64,000 nucleotides of DNA from Atractiella rhizophila (Eukaryota), in NCBI GenBank assembly GCA_021432655.1, contig MU271186.1, positions 1 to 64,000 of the forward strand, in the 5' to 3' direction. Within the stretch, counting starts at the first letter, position 1. Each line of letters starts with the position of its first letter. Shown piece by piece: positions 1 to 10,609 of this stretch. The position numbers and the translations under genes were made by a program. Below the pieces are notes generated by a model that was not told the origin of the DNA, did no database searches, and worked only from the letters and a program-made list of their open reading frames with translations.

Positions 1-195
1 GGACTCGGACTCGGACTCGTGAAACAGGTCCCCATGACTAGTATCAGTTTGACGAGCTATTGGTGGGCAAAGAGGGTATTGGGCATCGATCAGGATGGTC
101 GTTGACCCTCATATAGCACATTTTCTGGTAGTGACATGTATATTTATTCCCCCATCCAGGTGCATCAGCCGTCAGGAAAACGCTTTCTTAACATA

Positions 196-2254
196 TCACA
201 TGGAGAGGCGAGTCCAGCTCCCACTCCTCCCTCCGCTTTTCTCGACAACCATAATGCCTCCAATCTCCATCTCTCTCCCTCCGACGCTTTTCAACATATC
301 CCAAACGGTCAATAATGCGGTGCTAACTCCAACCAGAGCTTCCATCTCCACTCCGGTCTTCCCTTCACACTCTGCCAGGCACTTTGCATGTAGCACCCCT
401 GCTTCCTCATCAAGGTCAAAATCCACAACTACATCCGTCAATCCAACCGAATGACAGAGAGGAATGAGGGCATCAGTTCGTTTCGCAGCTTGAATACCCG
501 CGACACGGGAGACTGTGATTACGTCTCCTTTCTTCGATACAGCGGGATGAAGAAGTGACTGCACGGCAGGAGGAGGGAGACGGATGAAACCCACTGCGAC
601 AGCTCGGCGTATAGAAGACGTTTTGGAAGTGATGGGGGACATTTTGAGGCGACCTGATGGCGAAATATGGGTGAGGCCGTGTGTATCTAATGGTTGTTCT
701 TCTTCCCTCTCGGAGTTTTGTTGCTTCGTAGTAGTAGCAGTAGAATGAGTGGAATAAGTTCTGGCGTGGCGGAACAGATTTGAGCTAGAGGGTGGATGCA
801 ACCATGGAAGAAATGATCGTCTACCCGCTATTTAGCATCAGCTTCTGTCACTCGAATGGACAGAAGACACACCCAATCCCAACCATCGGCCCACTACGAC
901 CGTTGCGTGCAATGTCTTCAGGCATCGCATGACCATCGTGCTTCCATTTCTTTCCTTGTAGCGCTCCTTGCACTCTGATGTAGATCTCTTCATCGGTCGA
1001 ACCGTTCCTGAGCAACTCGCGAAGCTGAAGAACTGGTGCACCGAACAGACATACCTGTTTAAAGTTCATCACCATTTGCTGTATGTTGCATTGAAAAGGA
1101 AAGAGATAACGTACCTTCAGTCCTCCATCTGCTCCAACCCGAATTCTGTCACAGCCAGCACAGAAGTGTTCCGTCATACTGCTAATAAATCCTATTCTCC
1201 CCAGACTCCCATCGATACTCCACACCCTAGTGGTAGCATGCCTCTCCATTGGGAGTTGGGCGAACGAAGGATGGACTGCCTTGATGCGTTCCTGTAAGAC
1301 AGACGAAGGAACCAGTTTCTTTGTAGACCAGCGATTATCCTCGAATGGCATATATTCGATAAACCGCACTTGTATTGGCCTATCCCGCACGAAAGAGACG
1401 AATTGGAGCACCTCGGCATCATTCAGACCAGCAATGACGACGCAGTTCAGCTTCACTTTGAATCCTACGGCAACAGCTTCGTCTAGACAGGAAAGAACGG
1501 CTTCAAAGCCTGCTCAAGACCATGAATATAGCATTGAAGATATGAGGTGAAGACTCGGACACACCTCGACGTCGTGTGATGAGCTCGAATTTGAAGGGAT
1601 CTAAAGTGTCCAGCGAAAGATTGATATTGTCCAATCCTGCATCCTTCAGACTCTTCAGCTTCCGTCGTAAGGCAATGCCATTGCTTGTCATGCCTATCGA
1701 CTCTAATCCATTGTTCTTCAAGCTGGCGATCCGATCTAGGTTCCAATTCGGTTACTTCCACAGTGTTGCAGCGAAGAATATGAAAACCCCTACCCACAAT
1801 CTCCACAATGTCCCGACGAATAGTTGGTTCACCACCAGTTAAGCGGACCTTTTTCACTCCTTGCTTAACAAAGAGATCGGCTAGTTTGTACAACTCGTCC
1901 GCAGTCAGAATGTTCTCCTTAGGAAGGAGCTCAACGCCAGTGTCAGGCATGCAATACGTGCCTGGGCCCCGTAAATGTCTTCAGGTCTCTTGCCACAAGT
2001 TCCAGTACTAAACCCTACATCTGAGGTTACATTTCTCAGTCAAGGAAAGCCGCAGGTATGTGTGCTGACGATTGAAGCTGTCTATCAAGTACGGAGACGT
2101 CTTATCCAGAGATTGAATGCGTGCCTGTTAGGTCAACAGGAATGAGAATTACTCGATGGCTCGACAAAAACATTAAAAGACGAACTCGTGCTATCTCAGC
2201 CACCGTGGATGCGGATCTACCGAGAGTCGAAGTCACGCTCCTTATGCTTCGCAT
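196..2254 (-). CDS. MOCS1: Molybdenum cofactor biosynthesis protein 1: MoaA (GTP 3',8-cyclase, radical SAM) followed by MoaC (cPMP synthase); multi-exon
   Basis: Spliced reading gives [17 protein letters not shown] (presequence-like), [29 protein letters not shown] (CxxxCxxC), [23 protein letters not shown] and C-terminal MVGIGG*. ORF 196-801 has MoaC motifs LIPLCH, GVEMEAL, WDMLKS, EKSGG. Confidence 0.95.
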
Positions 2255-2736
2255 CTTTCCAAACCTTCGTCCACTAGTACTTCAGTCGACACGAATGTTG
2301 CAGAGGCGACCAAAGTTTGAAGCCAGGCTTGAAGCTGTGATATCCCACTTATAAAGCAAGTCGGGGTGATTCGAAGGAGATCGGCGGGCAACCTAAACGG
2401 TGTCAGCGCAAGAGGAACGCACTGGAGAACGTTTAACACCGCGATTTTCGAATTTTCAGGTAGGAATGTCGATGTTTATGTTTTAGCAGGTTTTGGTGGT
2501 CGAGCAGGATGCATACGAAAGTAGGCACGTGTTCTCATCCTCCCAAGATGATTTTTGGAGGAAGAAGGGAGAATCATACATCGGCATGGGATGAAACAGC
2601 AAAGCACAAAATGATACTGTATTGCAACAGAGTTTGGAAGTGAGTGCTCTCGATGAGAGCTGCGATTCGACCATTCACCTTCCTGCATGAGTCCCTCAGG
2701 AAAGCCGACGATGGACTGTTGTAGGATTGAACCCCG

Positions 2737-4187
2737 TCAAAAGATAGCCATAGCATTCGGAGGCGAAGCCTGTTTACAATAAGCATACATGAGAATGAGG
2801 TGGTAAGCAAGCGGAAGAATAGGACGAACCACATTCCCTTTCACTCTCAAAGGAGCACTGGTGAAAAAGAAGCTCCACCTTTCGTTCCTCTCACATGCGG
2901 CCGAGAGAGCGTCCAGATCCCAAAGCTCTCCTATCGGGCATCCAAAGCCTCCCAGCAAGGATTGTCGCATGGATAGGCCTTTTGTGCCTTCGCCAGCTGG
3001 ATTAGGCGCTGCGTCACGGGTCAGCATTCTGAAAGGAAAGAGAAGAATCTATTGGGGACTTGGTTAGACACGGGATAACGTACGCACGGCTTCTATGCTC
3101 GGAGAATCTGTTGCTATCGCTGCGATTCGCTGTTCCCACAGAAGCTTTAAGAGTGCCTCTTCTTGCAAGAGTCCGACATAGCGATCAATCACATCAGCTT
3201 CGTGAAAGATGAGATCCTTTTGATTCTGCATTGGCAAATTCTCGTATTCTCCAGCATGTCCTGCCAACCTCTCATCAGCTATGCTCCTTGAAGGGAATGC
3301 ATACCTGTCCTGATAAGCAATATGTCGCCAGGCTCAACTTTCAATTGCTCTTCATCTAGAATGTGCGCTAGGATCTCAGCGTTGATTGAACAAGATGAGA
3401 AGGCGGAGTACCCGTCGACACCAATTTTCTTTATATATCTCGCAAAATCGACAAGTATTCCGCGGCCAACTATCCCGTGTGGTGCTATCTCTGAAACAAT
3501 TAATCCATCAGAAATTTGCCAAGGGCGGATCAAAACGAGGAAGGGAACCTCTCGCTTCTGGCGCCGCTTTGACGGTGGGAGCTGGGGGGGAGAAGGCGAC
3601 CGTTTGTCTTCCAGCGCTTGGGAGAGTGGGCTGGAAGGAGGGGATGCAGGGACCGTAGCGAATGAGACACCGCCCCAGTCTTTAAATGTGTCAAATCTTC
3701 TGCCAGCAATGATCTAGCAGGGAATCATACCCCAATGGCTGGAAGCCTTTGTATCTGTTTTGCGATTGAGCTGTAGAAGAAGATATGAGCTAAAGACGCA
3801 CCGATGCGCAAGGCTTCCTCTACTTCTTCACCTCGGTTTTTAATTTCTTGTCTCATTCTCTTCCTGTTACAATAAGGACTGCAATAGATCAGTTCTTCCA
3901 CGGTTTCGTGGCGAGTACAAGAAAGCATACTATTTTGGCATATCCAGCTTCCAATCCAAAGACACAGTTTCGCCAGTCTTGATCGTAGCTGCCGCTTGTG
4001 CGACAACAGCAGGCGATAAGTGGTTCTGTACAATCGATTAGTTGATGCCTCTTTCTACAGAAGAGAAATGGGAATGTCTGACGAGCGTGCCAAATGCCTC
4101 GCATTCAGCGAATACCCCTCCCGCATAATGGGGAGTCGGAGTTGAAGGTAGCTCTTCAAATGATGGGAAAGGGTCAGGGATGGCCAT
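2737..4187 (-). CDS. Putative cyclase / kynurenine formamidase-like family protein, multi-exon
   Basis: GTLNHL...IKTGETVSLDW, GIVGRGILVD, GDILLIRTG, AAIATDSPSIE, GCPIGELWDL...FFFTSAPL...ASPPNAMAIF are typical of fungal cyclase-family proteins. Start ATG inferred. Confidence 0.85.
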
Positions 4188-4405
4188 GCTGCGACGTGTC
4201 CTCGATATCGATGAGGAGGCTGGGAAGGCTGCAATGTGGCTTTTGTATCTAACGAAGACGCATCCTGGGCTTCGAGCCCAGATTGACGTGCTGCCCGAAG
4301 ATAAAGTTTGGTAAACAGATGAAGCAAGATCGAGTTAAAGGGATAGTCCAAACACGTGCTCAGGGCCAAACAGATGTAAAAGAAGGAATAACGAAGCCTA
4401 CTGGA

Positions 4406-5547
4406 CTAACGAGTCCATATGGTTCTCATTTCTTCTGAAGAAAAGACATTTTCTTCCAAATAATCAATCACAGCAGCAAAAGATGGAAGATCATTGAAGT
4501 AAGTCCTTTCTGCTTTAGTCTTCAGCCATCTCTTCTCCATCATGAAAGAAAGGTGTCGATGAAAGAGAGGAAACAACAACGAGGTCTCTGTCGAGATTTG
4601 CACAAAATCAGCTATGACCCTAGCAGGCGTTCCCTGCCGACCCTCTTCGGAGAACAGTGCCGGATTCTCCAAGAGCCCCCTCGCGCTCATCACACCTTTC
4701 ACGCCACAAACATCCCGCAACCTTTGCGCAGTCTCAAGGTCCCAACACTCTCCATTTGCCACCACCGGAACGTTCCATGGATCTGCCAACTCTCTACAGA
4801 AGCGAATAGCATCTAAGTCTGCGGGCTCATTCGAGGACTGTTGGCGCGTCCGACCGTGCACCGTGATGTGGCTGATGGGAGGGAGGTGCAAGAGAGTGTC
4901 CATAAGCCGAGAGGTGTACGACAGGTCCTTATCGACTCGTATTTTGACTGAGATCGGAAAGTCGTTTCCCACACGAGCCTGGGTACTCTTGACAATATCC
5001 GCTATTCGTTCAGGATGTCGAAGAAGGAAAGATCCTATGTGTTCCTTATATGCCCACGATTGGGGACAACCACAATTCAGATCGACGCCTAGATGTATTC
5101 CCTTCAGCCCTTCAGCAGAAAGGCCAGCAAAAAGAAGCGACGGACCATCGCAGTATGGTTTCACTAATTCAGCCGCTGCCGCAAAATCCCCATTGTCTTC
5201 TGCACTTGTAGCGAACTGTACAATCATACATCCCCTCGTTTTTCGCCCATTGATATCGAATATTGCCCGTTCCGAATCTGAAGTGGTAAAATCAGAATCC
5301 CTTGCCTCTTTCGATCGTACGAATTGCTGCGCAAGAATCATCTGGAATGTGCCCTGTCAGTAGTGATATAGGTTAGAGGGCTAGATGCACGAACAGGGGT
5401 ATGCGTGATATGTACACCGTAACGAGAAATCGTCTTTCGGAAGCTGTGTTTGGAATATCGGACCATCGGCGCAGCGATGTTGACATCGCACCCAGATTGC
5501 AAAATTTCGCGAGGCGACATACGAACTTCATCATAGTTTTCATCCAT
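4406..5547 (-). CDS. DUS4: tRNA-dihydrouridine synthase (Dus4-like)
   Basis: AAPMVRYSK, IVQF, DLNCGCPQSWA, SVKIR, ITVHGRT, VVANG, GVMSARGLLENP; one short intron near 5342-5393. Confidence 0.92.
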
Positions 5548-5991
5548 TGTGCAAAGATCCACGCAAAACCTAAGTCACAAAGTCAGGTCACTGTTTAAAT
5601 CACGTGACTTTAAAGATTGTGCGGAACTCCTGCATGTCCCTGCTAAAGACTGAAGCGCGCTAAAGGCCAGACCAATTTTTATCGTACACGGGTCGCTTTA
5701 TATAAGAAATCTGAATCCAAGGCATCATCTCGATATGAGGACATGACGCTCTTTGGTTTGCTCAACTAAAACAGTAGAATAAATATCTCACTTCAACAAG
5801 TGTACCTTTTCTACCACTCCCTCTATTGTAAAGGTTATTTCCCCCAAAGTACCTGGACTGTATTTCTATTTCTTCGAGATCGTCGTTCAACAACTCAAGG
5901 TAAGAGTCATGGTGTGTTGTTCCACGTTACGACCATTTCTTTGCGGTGTTTTGGTGTTTGCTAGGCTTAGGAGGGTAAGAAAGAGATAAGA

Positions 5992-8900
5992 ATGGATCCT
6001 GCGGCAGCTACAAAGGAGCGAGCGGAAAAGGCAGCGCGGGCGAAAGAGCGGGTTCGTACTCCAATTGATTGTCGCAACCTGCGTGCTCACTGCCGTGCAT
6101 TGGCTGGTGTTTTGATTGCAGCTGAAGAAATTTCAAAGCACCAAAGCGGGAAGAGGTGCTTCTCCTGCTCCCGCTTCTGCAAGCAGCAGCAGAGTCGCTA
6201 GTCCGAAGACTGAGGAGGTTGCTAGCCCACCTCTGGATTCTGTTGTTGGTGATCTGCTAGAAGACTCGAAGGTGGCACCTGAGACGTGAGTTTCTGCTTC
6301 GCTTTAAGGGATTGGTAATGGTGATGGGTTGACTGGGTGGCATGCACCTGCTGTCGCCTCAAGTGTAAACTCGCATGTTGCCGGCTGCGAGATGATTCCT
6401 GAGCAACTTGCCATCATTGACTGTGGGATGAACTCTTAAGCTTGATGCTGATAAACTTGTAAACAGGAAACGGCGGTCGTCAGAAGGTAAACGCCCCTCT
6501 CATCCAACTTCCCCAACTGCTTCCATCGCGTCAAAGCGAGAGTCTCCCGTACCTAAACCCTCCTCTCCTCCGTCCTCTCCTATTCAACGGTCAACCTCCG
6601 TCCGTTCCAAACGAGGTTCACTTAACGGCTCCTCCTCCCCGCGCGGTCGTGGTGCGCGTTCTCCTGCTGGCTCAATCTCGGGCTCCATCACGTCACCGCC
6701 ACTCAATTCAGCAAATATCTCCTCCCCTCCCATTGCGACTGCAAGCTCAGACGCTCAAACTATCTCTCTCCTCATTTCATCCAAGAGCGCTTTGCAGTCA
6801 CAGCTTACTGCCTTGCAGACGTCGTATGCACAAGTCTCGGAACAGCTAGAGGGCTTGAAGGAGGAATTGGGTGATGCTAAGGCGCGGAATGAAGAACTAG
6901 AGCCTCTGGCGAAGGCGCTCGAGGAAGTTCGAGAGTCGTTAGCGAAGGCAGAAGAGCGCGCAAATACATTGGAGGTTGAAGGTCAGAAAGAGAGAGAGAA
7001 GGAGAGGAGGGAGAGGAGGGAACTGGAGGGGAGATTGGAGGAAGAGAGAAGGAGGGCGGGTGAGGAGAGGGAAAGAGAGGAGAAGGAGAAGGAGCGGAGG
7101 CATGAGGCGAGACTGGGAGAATTGGAGAGAGAGGTTGGCAGGTTACGCATTGCTGAGAAGGTAAGGCTACCGCTTGCTTATCTGAATAATAATATTTAAA
7201 AGGAGACAGAATGCAGAGGCGCTAAAGACAGAACTCGAAGCAGTGAGAGCAACATTGGAATCTTCGAATTCGGACAATCTGTCTCTGAAGGAGCAACTCG
7301 ACAAACTCGCGCTTCTCCCATCTCAGCTTTCGGAATCCGAACGTAAATATGCTTCGCTTCTCGAGTCTAATGTCTCGCTTGAGACAACTCTAAAGGATTT
7401 CCGAAACGAAAAGGCTGCCATGTCGCGGCAACTGGAGGAGCTGGAGAAGGAACTACTCGATTCTAAGGAGGCTGCAGAGCAGGCAACCAAAGAGAGGGAA
7501 AAGGAGGAGAAGAGCCGCTTGGCTGAAGTAAAGAGGAGGGAAGAGCTGCAGAGCGAAAATGGCAAGCTTTTGGAGGGGCTACAAGAGTAAGTTCTTCTTT
7601 GGAGGGTGAGATACAATAATAACGGTGCTGTTGGTGTAGGCTAAGGACAAAGGTGGTTGACACAACGAATGAGAAGATGAAGCTTGCGGAACAAGTTCAA
7701 AGCGTGCAAAGTGAGGTCAAGCACTTGCAAGCGGAACAACAGGAGCTGAAGACGTCCCTTCAGACCAAGGAGAAGGAGGTCGCGGACATCGAAGCGCGGT
7801 CTAGCCAAGTACGTTCCCTCCAGTATCTTTATGGCGCATTCTAAGCAATTTGGTCAGACTGTGCAATCGATATCCTCGGAACTCAGCGAGGCAAATTCTA
7901 AAGCTGCAGCTTTACAGGATGACCTTGCACGCTCTGCTGCTGAAGTTGAGGTGTTACAAAAGTCCCTTACCGCCTCTTCCACCACAATCGAATCGTTACG
8001 TGTTTCAGAGGCCCAAAATTCCGTTGAGGTGGTTAGACTGAAAGAAGAGATCGAGGAGCTACGTTCGCAAGTTGATTCACTAGGGACAGACGTCATCGCT
8101 AAGATGGAGGAGGTGGATGTGATTCAAAAGCATGCTTCAGACAAGGAAAGTTCTTACAATTCGCTACGGGCTGAGATGGAGAAGCTACGCGGCGAGTTAG
8201 CGAATAGGGAGGAGGAGGTTCTGTCGTACCAGAACTCTAACAAGGAGAAGAGGGATATGGTTGACCGGGAACACCTCGATTCGATCATTGCTCAACATAA
8301 GGAATATATCGACTCCCTCAACCAGTCCCATGAGATCGATCTCTCAAAAGCTCGGGTGCAGATTAAGAACCTCGAATCTCAGGTCTATCAGCATCAAGAT
8401 GAGAATCTCGTCCTGCGCAAACAGATTGGTGGACTAGAGGACGATGTACACTCACTGACAATGTCGGTTACGAACCTCAAGAAGGAACGAAAGGGACTTG
8501 ATGTCCCTCATCATCGTTCTCCATCCCTGGCCTCATCACACAGTCCATGCGGCCAATCTCACCTTCCCCTGCTCCAACTCGCACTCCATCGCCCTCTTCC
8601 ACTGGCCTCCCACGCCGTACAGTTTCCGAACGATTGCCTCACCGTCGATCTGCCTCCCATCTCCCGACCCTCAACGAATCTGTTTCTCTTCACCGCTCAC
8701 AGTCAGACCCATACTCCCCGGTCCCTCCTTCTCCTCTGGATGAAGCGCCACTCACGCCTGCTGTACGTCACGCTCGTCGCGCTTCATTGGTAGCATTGAA
8801 GTCACGGATGGAAGAAGAACTTGGAATTAAGGACTTGACGCCAGCTCCTGCAACTGGTAGAGGTTTGACTTTCAATATTGAAGAAGCCACTCCTCCACCA

Positions 8901-9044
8901 CCGGATAGCGCGATCATGAACGTGTTCCCACCGACACCTACAACGGCTCAAGGATGGGATGGACAGCCAGTGGTCAGGAGAACGAAGATTGGCGATGATG
9001 TGATTTGGTGCAGCAGTTGCAGAGGTGATCTGTTTGTTGTTTAG
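5992..9044 (+). CDS. Long coiled-coil protein, possibly a GM130/Bug1-type golgin
   Basis: Spliced N-terminus KAARAKERLKKFQ, several E/K/L-rich heptad exons, S/P-rich region and C-terminal WCSSCRGDLFVV*. Confidence 0.75.
6286..6466 (+). other. 181-nt intron with extensive self-pairing
   Basis: GTGAGT...CTGAT...CAG; removal restores frame (ETKRRSSEG). Pairings: GCTTTAAGGG/CTCTTAAGC, AATGGTG/CATCATT, CTCGCA/TGCGAG, GGGTGGCA/TGTCGCCT. Confidence 0.8.
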
Positions 9045-9521
9045 TTGTTCTTTTCGGCTCCCAAGTCCTGCAAAGCATGGACCCTGCTCCATTTCTGGAT
9101 TCGCGAACTCTGCAATGTCGCAATGTCGCTGTTGTCTTTACACAGGAGATATTGGCATGAGAATGGCAAGGGCACAGATCATTGCACTGCAACTCGAGAC
9201 TATGTTGGGGAACCCAGTTCCGCTCATTACCTACATTCTCACCACAGGTATCAATCAACTAAGCCGCATCAGAGGGTAACCGGAGCAACCTATTGTTGAT
9301 TGCAGTGGCATGTAGCTACATCCAGGGCTGGTTAGACTAGATACCTTTGTGTTTCACAAGGACCGCCTGGGTATGGATACCTTGTTGACATTTAAAAGCT
9401 CATCTCGAGCCAATGATCCGAACAGTTAATTCCCAATTCTCTCCCACTCTAGAATGCTTGAATCTTCCAACCGCATATCAAAACTACCTCCCGGAAATGC
9501 CGTATTAACCCCTATGCTAGT

Positions 9522-9872
9522 TCAGGTAAAATTGGTTTGGAGATAAACGGGACTGACCAACAGTGTCAGCTCTGAAGTGATCCAGCAAACAGCAAACGCA
9601 ATCGCTCCGTCGACGCCTTGGGTGAAAACTGCAGAATAAAGACCAGCCGAAATCTCAGTTAGTCGACAAGCCAGTTCAGTCCTTGTAAACAGCCTCACAT
9701 TCGCTATCATTGGCTTTGCCAGCACTTCCCCTTCGGTCTTTGAAGCTGAAGGGTCTAGGCCTTCCTTCATCAAAACCTGCAGAAAAGGAGAAGAAACTCC
9801 TCCTCGGCTCAAAATAATACCCGTGCGCCGACCAAATGACTTTACTGAATCGACAGAAACATTAGCGCGCAC
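9522..9872 (-). CDS. Hypothetical protein fragment; boundaries uncertain
   Basis: ORF with plausible short introns and a protein-like end (YSAVFTQGVDGAIAFAVCW); no family recognised with confidence. Confidence 0.3.
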   Translation of the reverse strand: MRANVSVDSVKSFGRRTGIILSRGGVSSPFLQVLMKEGLDPSASKTEGEVLAKPMIANVRLFTRTELACRLTEISAGLYSAVFTQGVDGAIAFAVCWITSELTLLVSPVYLQTNFT

Positions 9873-10304
9873 CTTTGGTCGACTTTTGTCTCCCCCAGGC
9901 CCCAGGTCTCTCCCATTAACACGTCACCTTCGGTCTTGCCAATATCAATCCAGCGCTAGCCATTCTTGCTTGCAAGCGTCAGCTTGCAGTTTAATCGAAA
10001 ATGGTGCCTGTAAGCCTGTCTTGTCAAGGAGGATTAGCTGACTCAAGATTTATCCCATTCTGAAGCAGATCGCCAATATTTACAACAACTTTCCACCTTT
10101 GACAGTCTGACATAGAGTGTTACAATTAATGGCTAGTCATAGAAAACCTGCTAACTTACACTGATTAAAACAGGAATCTCGAAAAACCTGAGCTTACCTG
10201 GATATCCTGACTACTTCCATCCCTAAGTTCCTTGTCCTGCCCCAACCCAAGCTGTTAGAGCCTGTATTACCAGTTCTTTCCATGTCCAACATCTTGACAC
10301 GAAT

Positions 10305-10375
10305 TGTTCAGTCAATCGTCGTCATAACATTTTTACGTTATGTTCAGTCAATCGTCGTCATAACATTTTTACGTT
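10305..10375. repeat. Tandem duplication, 2 x 35 bp separated by one A
   Basis: TGTTCAGTCAATCGTCGTCATAACATTTTTACGTT at 10305-10339 and 10341-10375. Confidence 0.95.
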
Positions 10376-10609
10376 TTCGTCTCACAAACAAGCCCAGGGA
10401 CAATGGACAATGTATTAGGATTAGGAGCATTCACAAGCAGGAAGCCCCCCGGAAACATGGTGATTTGGCATTAACCAAGGTCACTTTTAGCCACTGTGCA
10501 ACATAGGATGGCACTGCGTCGTATCGAAACAGTCTTGGATCCAACAGGAGCAAAGGTCAACGACGAAACGAAGTAGCCGGTATTCACAACAGATTGAACC
10601 TTTAAAGCA

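Noticed and set aside
1..19. GGACTC x3 at the window start
   Set aside because: Too short and truncated by the window edge to interpret.
4614..5363. 249-aa plus-strand ORF, and similar long antisense ORFs (e.g. 20756-21496, 27472-28053, 45152-45766)
   Set aside because: They lie opposite well-supported genes and carry no recognisable motifs; shadow ORFs.
6970..7140. GA-rich low-complexity tract
   Set aside because: Encodes an E/R/K-rich coiled coil within the gene; not a separate repeat element.
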